DNA from: Gordius albopunctatus
Taxonomy: Eukaryota
Length of the DNA stretch: 64,000 nt
Direction of reading: 5' to 3'
Assembly (NCBI GenBank): GCA_964276515.1
Contig: OZ193909.1
Coordinates: forward strand, 12,586,001-12,650,000
The position numbers were made by a program, and so were the translations under genes. Below are positions 13,701 through 27,351 of the stretch, in pieces. Positions within the stretch are counted from its first letter, which is position 1; every line of letters starts with the position of its first letter. Below the pieces are notes generated by a model, which did not search any database, was not told where the DNA came from, and saw nothing but the letters and a program-made list of their open reading frames with translations.

Positions 13701-16700
13701 TTTAAATATATTTTGCACAGTTAAATTATCCACTAACTCCGTTCGTTGGGCATGGCTCATTTATATAGAGGTCGTCATTTTTGATATCTTTCATCCGCAC
13801 GTTTTTAAAACACCTTGTAATAAATTAAATATGAGTAAAATTACATAACGCTTCAAGTAATAAGATATTTTAACAGATTTCATACTTTTTGAGCAATTAG
13901 CACAACATTATTAAAACTTACCTCTTTCTCTTGGCTTTGGGAGCATCTAGAAAAGATACATACAAAAGGTAGTAACAAATATGTAATCAAGTTTTTACAA
14001 AAATTATGAAAAATTATTGTTATTACCGTTAGCATTAGCTCGTTTCCTATTAACTTTTAATTTGGAACCGCTCTTCAGGCCACCTTTATTGCTATTACCC
14101 TTTTTGGAGTGGGCTAAATATTAAAAACAATTTGATGAACATTATTGCTAAAAAACTGGAACAGCTGTAAAAAGATGAACATTTTTATAGCTACTTTAGA
14201 TGTGAACCTGTCTCACTCACGACTGAACTGAATTATAAGTTTAGGAAATACTACTTAAGTACATGTACGCAGCCAGGGGAGGAGGGCAAGGAGGGGCGGT
14301 TGCCCCCCGCTAATTTAAAAATGTTCATTTTCTGCCCCCTCGTGAGCATAAAAAGGAATAATTTGCACCCCTATTACCGAGAGATCTAAAGGCCTTATCA
14401 ACATTCCAGTTTCGTTGCTTGTGGGTGGTGAGAGATGAATCGAAGCCACAAGCTCCTAAGCCATCACCGGGTAACTCATTTTTACACGAAGCACACTTTA
14501 AATCGTTTTGGGCGGATCCTTAAATTAAATAAGACAAAATAAAATATTTATGAACCAGCAATAATGCTATTGTAACGTGTCTCTAAGTTTTTTGAGTTAT
14601 TAAGAGCTTTAGAAACTAATTGCTACTACTCCTCCTGTATACGATGAAAAGTAGAAAAATTGAATAAAAATCTTAAACGAGCCAAATATTTTCCGGTAAT
14701 CTAAGGGGCATTCTGAAAACTTTGTAATGAAATAAGATATGTGAACAGGAGTTGCCAATAGAACGTCCCGCTCCAATTAAAAAATTATTTAACAAATTAA
14801 GTAAATAACGATTGGTATTTTATAATAATTATAAGATCGCTATTTTTCCCTTACAAGTTTTTCCTTTCACTAATAAACTCCGTTAATAAAAAAAATTCTA
14901 ACCGCTGTTTGTCACACTAAGGTGGTCAGCTGCTTTAGATATTTGGATAAGGGGTGATGCTCGGCTATCCAGGCCTGACAGCCGTGGAGACGATGTGATT
15001 TTTAATCTTTTGAAATAATGCTGGAGGCGGGATCGAACCTGCGAGCTCTCGCTTCAAAGACTAAACCTCTACCCACTACACCACCACGCCCCCTTACTAC
15101 TAAACTCCGTTAATAATTTATATTTATCCTAATTTTATCGAGTATTAAATTAAGTAAATTCAAAAATGTTCAATTCATGGTACAAGTAAGTAAGTTTTAT
15201 AAATAATCTCGCCGGGTTGTTATAGAGTGTAGTAGGAAAGGGGTTCCAATAATTCAGGCCACATGTGCCCATTAAAAAGTAAAACAATTTTCTCACGTTA
15301 AAAACTAACGAATTTAAAGGATTTTTAATAGAAAAGAGCCTAACTTTCGTTGATGGAGCCGTAAATTATTCGGGAATCTTCGAGTTTGCCACGCATTTTC
15401 TGTAACAATTTCTGCTTTCGGCGAATACTGATTTTTTGTTCCTTTTCAGTGTACCCTTTGCCCGGCGATGCTATATATCAAAAATTTGTCAAAAAATTGA
15501 GCACGGAGGGAAAAATACAAAAAAGGAAAGAAATAGTTTGTCAACTTAATATAGCATATACGCAACAAAAATAGAAGTAAATAAATAATAATTAGAATCA
15601 TCGAGGAAATTTAAATTTTATTAAATGACAAAAATATGTAAAAAAAAAATTAGTTAACAATTATGGAACGATGACCAATAATGGAAGTTCGACATTGCAG
15701 TTTAAGCATAAAATTCTGGTTGCTTTAATTCATACAAAAGTTTCTTTCTAAACTGCCCTATCCATTAAATAATTGCGACAATATGTTAATGGCAAACGGT
15801 TAAAATTTACCTATTAGTGTTGACTAAAGGCTTTTACCTCAAATTTGATCTTTATCTAATCCAATTTAGTGGCGCAAATTATCAATTTGTCAAAATCTGC
15901 TTTAAAAGACGAAAACAAAATAACGGCTAAAACGACAACAGGAGGTCTAAAAACAAATATATTCTTAGAAATCTTCAAAGATCACATTCAATGAATAAAT
16001 AAAAGTCGACACCGAAATAGGTATAAGAACGGATGTAAGGTTACCATATTTTAACCAGCACTCCAAAACCTTTCCGTCTCAGCTTTAATCGGTAAAAAAG
16101 GTTACTTAATATATATTTCGAATTCTTCTTGACTCTCATGTAATTTTATGCAACCCCAAATTTCTGTCAAGGTGTCCCACTTAAAAGTTAAAATCACAGT
16201 TTATTGCTTCAAAGTTAGACAAAGGGGTTCGGTGGGATTACATTTGGAAAGGAGGGGAGTCCTTAAGGACCACTCCTTAACGTCTTGCCAATACGTTTCC
16301 ACTTGTTCCAGCCTGTCAAATGTGTAATGCTTTTTAGGGAAATAAAGATCCGTCGAAGCTTTGGCTGATTTATCGCCCGGCAACGAAATTCTCGTGTCTT
16401 TAAGGATGCCACAAGGATTGAACCAAATTGATGTCTAAAGTTAAAAGCAGTCGATTCATAACCTTATAACGGCACCAACCTCATGTCAATTACTTGGTAA
16501 CATCTATTTTCTCCTTTCATATAATAATAATTAATTTAAAAAGGATTAATTAGTTGAACGAGAAGGAAATAACAGCTAGGACAAATTGCGTGAATAATTC
16601 AAGTAAATAAGCTAGAGCATCCAATTGCAAATAGCATACCTTGGTGTAAAGCTGCGACGTTCGGTCGATGGCAATTAAGCCCATTGTTATCAAAGTGTCG

Positions 16701-19700
16701 AACACATTTTTGCAGGAATTTACGTACACGCTACGGTATAGCAACTAAACAAAAAGATAGCAAAATGAAATAAAATTAGGTATAGACATCAATTATCTTT
16801 CTATAAAATTCAGGTACAATATATAAGCTCCGTGGTTTTGTTTGAACATATTGTCTTAGCTAGCTAACCGACTTTTAATTACCACACAGAAAAAACCTTT
16901 TAATCCAAAAGGTTATAATCTAAATGATTAACAACACTCAGTAGAGATAGTATAAAGATTGTACTATTGCCTTTTTTTAAATTTTACAAAAATTGTCATG
17001 ACATAGTGTAGAGTGTGTCAAGTATCCCCGATTACAAGGTAGATAATAACTTACATAGGCTTGCATTTCGGGAGGTAGTTGAGTGATGAGGCGATGCCGT
17101 CTATCAGGGTCTTCCAACCATTCGAGCAAGCCATTCACTTCCCATTGAATATTCACAATCTTAAGGTATATCGACAGAGGCATGTTCTCCATGATCCGCC
17201 TCAAAGAAAGCCAACTATCTACAAAATTGTTAAAATGTATATAGTGGTAAATAAGACAATAACGACTGTTTAGACCTGACATTTTAATGCAAAATTATAA
17301 ATTTTATTTTAATGCAATATTGAAATAGGGGTGTAAAACGATTTCGGTTTGGGTATTATGGAGAGAAGGTTAACCGGGAAACAAATAGTAATAACTCCAA
17401 TTTATATGCCATCTAAAGCAATCTTTAAATCAGAGACTTATTTGGCTACATTTGTCCTTAGCTCTTTTAGCATGTGATTCGGATGGCATATAAATTAGAG
17501 TCATTATTATTTGATTCATGGTTACCGCCGGTCGTAAATCGGGCCTTCTCTTGAATAAATTTTAATCTAAAGTGTCCACATTAATGACCCTTTCTTCCAT
17601 AAAAACCTTTTAAAGCATCAGTGTGCATAATTCTACACTTCTGAGCATTGGCTTCTTTTAACAAAAAAGCGCTAACTTCTATTAGTTTCTCTGGAGAATG
17701 GTATGTATCGTAGCCAGGGTGGAAAGTGTTCGTCGCGATAATTAACAACTCCCAGTTCAGCGTTGTTAATAACGCCCGCGAGGGGTTCGATAGAATTGAG
17801 GTAGAACAAATACTTGTGCATTTCACGGCACTTTTCAAATTTGACCATGTTCCCGTATGTTTTATCTTATAATACGAAAAATTTAATAAATATAGAGTCT
17901 CATGAAGATTAACTTATCACTCTGAGTAAAAGTACACTTTTTAATATAAAATTTACAAAAAAATCTCATCAAATCCATTAATGTATTAAAATTGGGAATA
18001 AAATATAAATAAATTTGCCGATTTTTGCAGTGACGGCCTATGAACTGTTATCCTATGTATTTAATTTACACAATGTCTGATAACTTGAATACCAAAAGGC
18101 TGATACAAAAGATATTCCTCGCACATTAATAGTAAAATTATCCCAAAGATTGACTTTTAACAAAAAGCAATTTAACATACTTTTCACCAGGATTGTAAGA
18201 AGATGAAGGAGGAGGAGGAGGAGGGGGGGGCAATAATCCTTTAGGGTGGGGCAAAATGATTATTTTTTTTAAATTTAAGCTAAAAATATATATATTTATT
18301 ACAAATTTCTTGATTTATAGATGGGATGGGGGGGGGGGCAGCTCCTTCCTGCCTCTCACTGGCAACGCCCATCTATATATACATAGTAAAGCGTTCCGCA
18401 AAATTTGGACAATCCACCTCCTTTTTACTCAGACAACAACTTGAGATTCTTATAGTGCGATCAAGCTTTAAAGTCTTTGCCATCCCTTGGTCCATTTTAG
18501 ATTTAATAGATATGTCTTTTTAGCTTATGTGACTTCGTCTTACAAATAAACTTTTAAATCAAAAAAAATATAAAGACGTATACTTATGTTAGGAACTAGC
18601 ACGATATGAAGTTCCGGTTCCTTATGTAGCGTAAGGAGATTAACTTTGTGCATACACATCTTGTGGATGGCGTCTAATTCGTTGTTTTTCATAAAATGAT
18701 GCATCGATTTGGACGTATCTACCGCGCTAGGCATATATTCGTCAAGCACAACATCTTCCTCCTCCTAACAATTAAAATAAGTAAGGTTAAATTTGTGAGC
18801 GGCAATTTTAAACGTCGGTTTCTATATAAATTTACAATAAGCAAGTTAGACCGGGAACAAATATTGTGGGGGGTAGCTCTAATCGGGCCAGGCATTTGGA
18901 AGATATAATGCAAACGATGATCATGCTTTTTTTTATTCGTGGGCCAAATATGTTGCGAATTCTATCGTTCGATTATAAACCAACAGGTTGGACACTGAAT
19001 GACCGCCACTTACCTCAGCTTTCGTCGAAAGTGAGCCGCAGTATATCAATTGCAAAAAGTATACAAAAGGTGAAATTTCATATTTTCAATGTAACTTAAT
19101 TATGAAATAAATACAAAACAAAGTGCATAGCAATTAACACACACATACATATTTTGACCAATTTAACATATTAAATGAGACTCTTTAAATACATTACCAA
19201 GGTATATATTTTTAGAAAACTACAATAAAAGACAGAGCATTATAAATAAAGAATCGAATCATTATTAATTATATTATTTGTTGAAATGATATTGTAGAAT
19301 AGATTATAAAAATTAGTAAGATTTAACGTAATGGAAAACTTGGAAAAAGGAAAATTGATATAATAAAACTGCAATTACCATTTTAATGTCGTTTTCTCTC
19401 TTAATTTTTTGCTTTTCGAAGGGGTTATCATCATTTAATAAGTGGTCGTCGAGGGCAGGCGATTGCTTGTGATTCATTTTCAGTAATTCTATGTATTTCG
19501 AAACTGTAGGGTCATCAACCGTCACATCTGACATAGTAATCAGAGCCGCATCTACCTGCGTGTAAATTCAGTTAAAATTATATAACTTTTTAGTTATTAA
19601 AAACTGATGCTAAAAGTAAATTCACTTGATATAATATAAGCTTTTTTATCTTAAAAAACTAATCTATAAAACAATAAAATCATTCTTTTAATTTTCCATT

Positions 19701-22700
19701 AGATTGTGGGGAAATTCCATGTCGAATCGTCAACTAAAAGACGATTTTAGTTGGACTATCTCAGATTTGGATAATTTTTGGCGAGGGGGTAGGCTTCATA
19801 TATTGTAGTAATTTCTGAAAATTTTAGCCGTTTTGGGTCATGCATACTTATATGGCCAAAATCATGCTCGGATGCGTTTTAGTAATTTTTTTTAATTTTC
19901 TTGAAAGTATTGGCGCTATCTTCTTAAATTTTAGCAGATTACTTTCCCAAGGAAATTCTCTATCGAAATAATTTAACAAAAAACCTGTGCGGTTAATTTT
20001 TTGCGGTCAAATTGATTCTTAGTTATTAATAGAATCTTAACATCCTATTCATTTAATTTTAAATAAATACAGTTAAAACAATATAGCGGTAATACTTCGG
20101 CCAAATCGATGTCTGTTGTTGTTTCACCTTAACAAATATAATATCTCATACAATTTCTCCTGGGATGTAAATTTTGTTGAAACTTTTATTATTATTAAGA
20201 ATTTTTTCCAAATTTCCACGTTCTCCTCCCCTCCGCCATAAAAATAAAGCCAACCCTTGCAAAAACAGACTACACCCTTTCGAAGTTTGGCAGGCTATTT
20301 AAATTTTGGTGTGCATTGAAATAGGGAAAAAATTAATTTATAACGTTGGGATTAGAGCTTGTTTTGTTCATACTGTAGAGTTGGATTTGATGGAAAGTTT
20401 GATGATGCGGATAGCTTTTAAGGCTATCAGCCTATCGATGAGTTTTCTAATCGTTTTTCGACATATCGTGAAGGGGGATCCCATCTTTCTTTCGTGTTCT
20501 TTCAATGCGTTCAACAACCCATGATAGTTGCACAAAACTCTGCGTTAACATTTGAAAAAATCAAATTTAATTGGCACAGCTAAAAAAGGAAATAAATGAC
20601 GAAACGCGATGTTGTATTTGTTAATTTATAATTTTGCGCAAATACACGTGGTGCGTAACCAGCATTGGGATTGGATGATCATTTTTTTAAAACCTTAATT
20701 TTTAATAAATTTCAACAAATTTTTGGATTTAAGGGGGGGGGGGGGTAACCGCCCCTCCCTGCCCCTCTTGGCTACGCCCGTGTGTAAATATATTCCCTTT
20801 AAAATGCAACAAAGTAAGTCCTTGGATCCATAAATTTGAAAATCGACTATAAATTTATTCCATAGTAACATTTGTTGGATTCATTAAAGCTTACTTATAC
20901 AAAATGATAATTTATGATTTATAACATTAATTTCTCGCCATTTATTTCGAAAGTTAACTTTGTCAAATAAGTCAAAAATGAACAACATTTTTAGTAGTAA
21001 TAACCGTTGTGTACTGATGTAGTTGATAATAAATCTCATTCGGTCCAAGGTTAAAGTCGAGATTTGATCGGATTCGCATATATTTTTAATGAGAGCCTTA
21101 CCATTTTCATCCACCTTTTCGCTCAAACTTTGCTCCGCTTTGTGAAAGCTTAAAAACCAAATGCATACTACATTAGTTATGGATGAAATAAAATATCCCA
21201 TTTATATTATTTAAATTTTGCTAGCTCGACATAGTATCAAAGAAAGTTATCTGAGCAAAGAAAAAATGTGATATAATAGGAACTTCTAGCTTCCAAAACA
21301 GTGGCCTAAATATAGAGTGTGCCATATATCGTCAATATTGAAAAAAAAACTTTATCTATTGTAACGATAGAGAGTGATTAAACCCATATTAATTGAGCAG
21401 AACTCATTTTGAAAAATGAGTCCTTAATATTTAAAGAAATTTGAAAATAGAATTGCAAAACGCATATAATCGAATTAGATCTACATTGAGAACCCAATAA
21501 TAATATATTAGATGTGAATAAAAAAAACATTTTTAAAACTGATGAAAATGTGTAAATCCATAGAATGGGGGCTAGGGGGGGGGGTTTACTCCATGTAGAT
21601 GGGTGCCGGGATACTGGTCCCCTTCAAGATGTAATATCTAACGGTCTGTCTTCCTATGGATTTATTGACACTGGTTACAAGGGCCCACTTGTTTAATATC
21701 TTCAGGATGAAGCGCACTTCTAAGCGATTTAAACACTTTAAATAACGAAGTTCTTCCACTTTATATCCACCAGTTGAATGGGAATCAGATATTAAGCTAT
21801 CATTTTTAAAAGAAATACATAAAATTCATTTTTAGAATCAAATAAATAAAGAATCCTGTTAGTTGTATAAGGTTAAAATCACATACACTATAGCACTGGG
21901 AATAGCAAGAATATTGAAATTATTTATGAAATATTTTATTTTGAATTTATTTAAAAGATAGGATATCAAAAAGAGAACATAAATTGAGAATTTTTTATAT
22001 AAAAACTTATGGAACATCAAGATGTTGATATTTGAGAAAAGTTGAATTGATTTGGATATATTTAAATTAATTTGTTGCAATCCAGCGTCTCCTTAGATTT
22101 GAAAGAATACTTTTTTATCAGACAAAAGATCACAATGGAAATTGTTAAATCCAACATGCCATCCGTTTAGTTATAGGGCGTTTTTAATATTTTTTAGTTG
22201 TGTATATAATTTTTTTAATACTATTTAAATAAATACATATTTCAAAAAAAAAATTAAAATATTGTTACCTAAAAATCTGGGAAAGCACAGGGATTTTGGG
22301 GGTCAAAATATGAGGGGAAAATAGTTTATCTTTTGTAACCGTATCATTTTCTTCAAAATCATCAATTTCATTATCACTATCTTTGCCCATTTCCATTGTT
22401 TCATTGACAGATGTGTCATCAACACTGGTATCAACACCGGTACCGTTATTAAATATCCCTTTAAAATCTTCAACAGGCACAGATGGCACGTTTTGAAAAG
22501 GATTAGCACAGGTATGGTTGTAGATTTTGATTAATTGTATTTTAATCAGTGTTTTATTATCTATCTTAAAAATCATAACTGATATAATTCACAATAATAT
22601 AAACTTAAGTAAAAGTTGCAATTAACTATTCTAGGTAATATTATATACCTTGATCTTTTGAGTCATAAGATATTCATGAGAATAATGAAGAATATAATCT

Positions 22701-23572
22701 ATCAATGAGGACTAAAATATAATGAAATTATAATAGATAAGTTAGTCTTACTTTTATATTAAATTTTGAACAAAGATCTTTCAGCATAGCAGATTTTGAT
22801 TTTAAAGAATTTAAATACATTGTTATTATGTGTAGAGTTTTGCCATATATAGGATTTAAATGTGAGTATCTAAAAGACAATTGATGGATAATTTATTCTA
22901 TAATGCATACCTTGTTAAATAATAAACTGTAGAGTTCTCATTACTGGTGGATATTGAAATTTTGATGACCAAATTTTGAGGTAATAAGTAGGCTTTAACT
23001 AGGTAAAATAATTTTTTAATGTCAATATTGACAGTTTTCCAGAAGGGATCATTAGACAAAATTCCTTTTTCTTTCATTTTTCCTATTTTTTCAAGAACTG
23101 TATAGGCCTCTATGCTAATGATTGAATAATCAACATATTGTGAGCCAAACAAGGCTTTAAAACGAATTTCTTGAGAGCCAACAATAAAGATCTCATCTTT
23201 TAAACTTGTGATTAAGGCACATGACTTATTCACATCATAACACCTTATTATATTTGTTATATGAATTCTTTGATCATTAGAACAGTGACCCATTAATAAA
23301 TCATTATTAGGTTTATCACGAGCAAGGCCCTTTTCATTAATATTTCTAACCAGCTCTTTCACATCTTCACTTTGGTTAGGATTTGTTAGGCTAGTAATAT
23401 AAAAAAAGATGTTTTTATTATTAATAAGCTTAGAAAGTATAAAGGTCCAAATAACATTTATTTTATTTATATGTTGAAATTTCCGTGCCAATAACGAAAT
23501 AAGATCGTTGGGAGTGATCCCTTGTAGCCCTTCTAAGGCAATTTCTTCCAGTGTAGCAGTTATATAATCCAT
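4733..23572 (-). CDS. GTF3C1: General transcription factor IIIC polypeptide 1 (TFIIIC B-box-binding subunit), multi-exon gene of ~18.8 kb
   Basis: Exon 1 (23572-22911) starts MDYITATLEEIALEGLQGIT, like GTF3C1 MDALESLLDEVALEGLDG. Further recognisable exons: ~21795 (LEVRFILKIL..IGRQTVRYY), ~21100 (TLDRMRFIINYI), ~20500 (TICRKTIRKLIDRL), ~17200 (MPLSIYLKIVNIQWEVNGLLEWLEDPDRRHRLI), ~16300 (YTFDRLEQVETYWQDVKEWSLRTPL), ~12500, ~10600, ~9900-9240, ~6200, 5848-5659 and last exon 5402-4733. GT/AG boundaries were checked for exons 1-3 and the last two; middle exon boundaries were not all resolved. Confidence 0.9.
7912..8560. mobile_element. TA-flanked MITE (Tc1/mariner/pogo type) in a GTF3C1 intron
   Basis: TIR GGGGAGACCGGGG / CCCCGGTCTCCCC with TA on both sides and subterminal CTAGCCCC repeats. 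Confidence 0.75.
14890..15095 (-). mobile_element. tRNA-derived SINE (Gln-like head) with RTE-derived body and tail, in a GTF3C1 intron
   Basis: A box TGGTGTAGTGG, B box GGTTCGATCCC, CTTTGAA loop. TSD ACTA(A/C)TAAACTCCGTTAATAA at 14869-14889 and 15096-15116. The tail matches the RTE 3' end at 42857-42883. Confidence 0.85.
20645..20782. mobile_element. hAT-type MITE
   Basis: Terminal TTGGCTACGCCCGTG and a decayed left TIR. Flanks CGCAAATA / TGTAAATA fit an 8-bp TSD with two transitions. Confidence 0.6.
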
Positions 23573-23725
23573 AGAATCGAATCCTACTTAATCCTATTAT
23601 TGAAATAATTATGTCACAGCGAATCTTGTTCAGCCGGCGAAATATTAATAAGAAGAAAACGCAACTAGGTACATTAAAAGCACATGTGCGTATTTCTAAA
23701 ATGTTCATATATAATCATAGACTAA

Positions 23726-25004
23726 CCGGGTTTCTTTCAGGAGGGAGCCCGGGGGGTTATTACCACCACGGGAAATTTCAAACACCCCCCCCCGGAGAGT
23801 TTTGATTGAAGGAAGCATGAACTCAAGTTCCATCATGAAGTCATAAATTATATTAATAGGCTAAAATTATAAAAAAATATAAAATTTGCGAAATTAAATT
23901 TTTTTACAAATAAGGTGGAAATCATTCATAGAAATCATTTTTTAACATATGTGATACCTAATTTATAATCTTGAAAGTTATAAATTATCTTTAATTATAA
24001 AATATCAATAGGTAAATAAACATAAATAAATGCTTTTAGAATTATTAGATCACTATCTGACTTATAAACTTAAAAAGAATTATTATTAATAATAGATTCT
24101 ATTGTTTTTTATTGACATAATATGCTTATTTTGAATTGCAGATGTCTGGTAAATATAAAAGTACTCTTTTACACTACTTTAGTAAAAAGGAAAAGCCTAA
24201 TAAAAAAAATGGTAAATATGATTTAATTTGGAAAATTTTAATTATGTATGGGTATTTGTGTTTATATAAAATAAGACATGAATATGTTTGTTTGTAATAG
24301 GTAAAGATGGAATTGAATTAAAAAAACTCTTGTTTTATTCCTTACTATGGGAAATCATGGTAATTATTTTTAAGCATTATATATTTTAAATATATATAAG
24401 TTAAAGGCAGATATTATTCTGCTTCCAGCAGTGAAATTCACATGAACTCTGAAAGAGGCAAGAAAGATTTTGATTTTAATATAGAAGTATTATATATATT
24501 TTCATGCTTTAGGTCAAGATAAAAATTGTAATTGTGTTGGAGTGGGGAAAACTGTCTCTTCTTTTTCTTATGATAAAAATGCTGCTAATTAAAATTATGC
24601 AAGTTGTTTTTTATTTTATTAATATATATTGATAAAGATGAGTGTATTGGCAGCTCTACTAATTGCTCAGTCTCTGAAAGTGAAAAACATGGGCAAAATT
24701 TATAACATAAACCATCATATAAATTTATGATTTCATGGACATCTAAATACAAATGGCTAATTTTTGATGAATCCTTAGGTGGGGCTTTATGCTCTGTCTG
24801 TTCTCTTTACAACAAAAACGATTTATTTATTCAACAAAAAACAAAGGGTGTGTTCATTAATGTCCCGTTTACAAATTACATGATCTATTTATATATCACT
24901 TATATCACCAATAAAAATCAGTAAATATTATACAAAATGGTCTAGCAATTAAAAATATTTTTACCCCCCCCCCTCCCGGAGCATTTTTTCTGAAAGAAAC
25001 CCTG
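23726..25004 (+). mobile_element. Internally deleted hAT transposon, 1279 bp, just upstream of GTF3C1
   Basis: TIRs CCGGGTTTCTTTCAG / CTGAAAGAAACCCTG and a perfect 8-bp TSD TAGACTAA (23718-23725, 25005-25012). Carries a TTF-type zinc-finger relic WTSKYKWLIFDESLGGALCSVC (24727-24924). Confidence 0.88.
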
Positions 25005-25020
25005 TAGACTAATAAAACCA

Positions 25021-25291
25021 TAGACTGCAGAACAGCTGAGTTTTTCTATTAAAATTATTCAGACACCAAAATAGCAGCTATATTGTAAGAAAAATCAACA
25101 AGAAGGTATATTTATACTTTTCTATGATATAATATTGAAGAAAATAAATAAGACTAATAGCTTAATATATAAATTTAAAAAAATAAGTAAATTAGAACAA
25201 TAAATTATGCTGAATTCTATTGTTTGGTTACAATTTCCCACAAAATGGCGCTTGCGAGATTTTCTGAAATTGTCAGCTGTCCGGCAGTCTA
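25021..25291. mobile_element. MITE-like element with ~19-bp inverted termini
   Basis: TAGACTGCAGAACAGCTGA versus reverse-complement TAGACTGCCGGACAGCTGA. A third copy of this terminus lies at ~54786. Confidence 0.55.
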
Positions 25292-25652
25292 ACAGAGGAA
25301 TATTTGGGCAAGGCCTGTGGATATATAAAAATATCTGGAGTGTCTTCAAATATTTTTTGTAAAATAGATTCATAAATAGATTTTGGGGCTTGGGCTATGT
25401 TAGCCTTTGCCTCTTTTTTTAATGATTCCTTTGTATATTTTTCCAAATAATTACCCCTGTCATCTTCATGACTATGGATTTTTTTTACAATAAATTGATT
25501 ATCTTGAAGAATCCGTCTCCCATTGCAGTTTCTTTTGTGACATCTTAAATAAATTTTGTTGCCTGATTTCTTATCAATGTGATATAAAAATTCATTTTTA
25601 TATATAGCTTTTCCTCTCTGTGAAGGGATAATTTCTAAGTTTATATATATCA
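25292..25652 (-). pseudogene. MULE transposase N-terminal fragment (FLYWCH zinc finger)
   Basis: SQRGKAIYKNEFLY..YLRCHKRNCNGR..HSH, homologous to the N-terminus of the MULE at 46218-47691 (YPQALPKY vs YPKATPTF). Truncated at both ends by other elements. Confidence 0.75.
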
Positions 25653-25725
25653 CTAGCTGTGCCCGGCCAAGCTTTGCTTTGGCTCAGTCCTTAAGTGGTT
25701 AAATAAAGTATAACCTATTAATAAG
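25653..25725 (-). mobile_element. Helitron 3' terminus
   Basis: Minus strand GCCAAAGCAAAGCTTGGCC hairpin then GGGCACAG-CTAG|T, near-identical to the ends at 60410 and 62340. Confidence 0.75.
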
Positions 25726-25735
25726 ACACTACCTA

Positions 25736-26703
25736 CGACGGTCCCAAGTCCGTGTGCAAAAAGTGGAGGGTTGGCGTCAGGTCGGAAACCGGCTATAAAA
25801 ATCAACTCCAAAACTATGATAGTTTCAAACAGGATTTTTCAAGAAAAGGCTAGGGCATCCTCCACAAACGACGCGCACTGCATACCCCGCCCGTGCAATG
25901 TGAAAAATACACTAGGGTTTCTGCCCAACTCACAACGAAGGCGGTTAAGAAAACTAGTTGTGGAAAGAATGCGAATTACGTGCTGGAATGTGGGAACGTT
26001 GACGGGGAAGAGCATCGAGGTCGCACAGATGCTAAAAAGAAGAAAGGTACACATCGCCTGCCTACAAGAGACGAGATGGAACGGAACGAAAGCTCGGGAA
26101 TTAGGAGAAGGATACAAGCTTTTCTACAGTGGGTCATCAAATCGTAGAAACGGGGTCGGTATCGTTCTAAGTGAATCGTTCAAGGACAAGGTGGTGGAAG
26201 TCAAGCGTTGTTCCGACAGGCTAATGTGGGTGAAGATTGCAGATCAAGGGGGCCTTCTAACCGTTATGTGCGCGTATGCCCCCCAAATTGGATGTTTGGA
26301 ATCAGAGAAAGACATATTCTTCGATTCATTGGAAAAGAAAATACAAGGAATAGGACAGGAAGAAAGGCTAATTATTGGGGCAGATTTCAACGCTCACGTT
26401 GGAAAAGATCGCCTCGGGTATGAACGCAATCATGGAGGCTATGGGCATGGTCTGAAGAACAAAGAAGGGGAAAAACATCTCCAAGTATCCCAAGCATATG
26501 ACATAGCGATCGTTAACACCTATTTTCAAAAGCGCGAAGATCATATTGTGACCTATAGAAGTGGGAAGCATTTTAGTCGAATCGACTATTTGCTTATACG
26601 GCGAAAGGACTTATGGAGTATCAAGGATTGCGAAGTGATACCGGGAGAAGAAATCGCCAGGCAACATCGTCCCCTTGTTATGGATCTTGACAGAAGAGTA
26701 TAG
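25736..26703 (+). mobile_element. RTE-clade LINE 5' fragment with open APE endonuclease frame
   Basis: RITCWNVGTL, IACLQETRW, NGVGI, YAPQIG, GADFNAHVG, SRIDYLL, QHRPLV. RTE-type 5' UTR (GGTCCCAAG..GGAGGGTTGG). Truncated at 26703. Confidence 0.9.
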
Positions 26704-27308
26704 TCAAGGAAATTTTTTTGTTATCTGCCCCCCACCCCTAATTCAAAAGCTGCCTAAGCCCATGCTAACCCTTAACCCTAAGATTAGGTGAGAGTAGGTG
26801 GTTTTTGTTCAGTTGGATGTTTCTCAGTTGACTAGAAAGGGAATTTTTCATCAGTTCGACCTGATTCCAATTAATAATAAGTAATTTTTTTTAGTTTAAA
26901 CATTATAATATTACTAATTATCTATATATTAGTACTAAGTTTGAATTTTAATATAAACTTTATTAATTGATGAACTAAAATAAAGTTATAAATGTATGTT
27001 ATATAATTGTATGTGAATCACTTCCATGTTATCTTTTAAGTTTAAACATTATAATATTATATTAGAAATTAGTAAATAAATTGCAGGTTAATGATATACT
27101 TTAGAAGATAATAACAACCCCTTTCAGGAGTGCCCGCAAATATCATTAACCTGCGATTTATTTACTAATTTCTAATATAATAAAACAAAATAATTATTAC
27201 TACCATAATTATGGGGGTTATTTCATAGCCAACATAAGAATGGATTAAATCTAATTTGTGCCTTATATATACCTATCTCGCTTACTATGTGACTAGAAAA
27301 TTAACTAT

Positions 27309-27351
27309 GGCATACTGATGAGCTCTAACAAGAGCGAAAACGTTATATGTC
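27309..27351 (+). ncRNA. Minimal type I hammerhead ribozyme
   Basis: GGCATA-CTGATGA-GCTCT(AAC A)AGAGC-GAAA-ACGT-TA-TATGTC. Intact core, stem II, palindromic minimal stem III (AACGTT) and stem I GGCATA/TATGTC. Confidence 0.8.

Noticed and set aside
14953..15093. Functional tRNA-Gln gene (also 58930-59009)
   Set aside because: Acceptor and anticodon stems do not pair properly, and it is attached to an RTE-derived body with a TSD. It is a SINE head.
25736..25800. HDV-like ribozyme at the RTE 5' end
   Set aside because: Known in some RTEs, but I could not fold a nested double pseudoknot here by eye.
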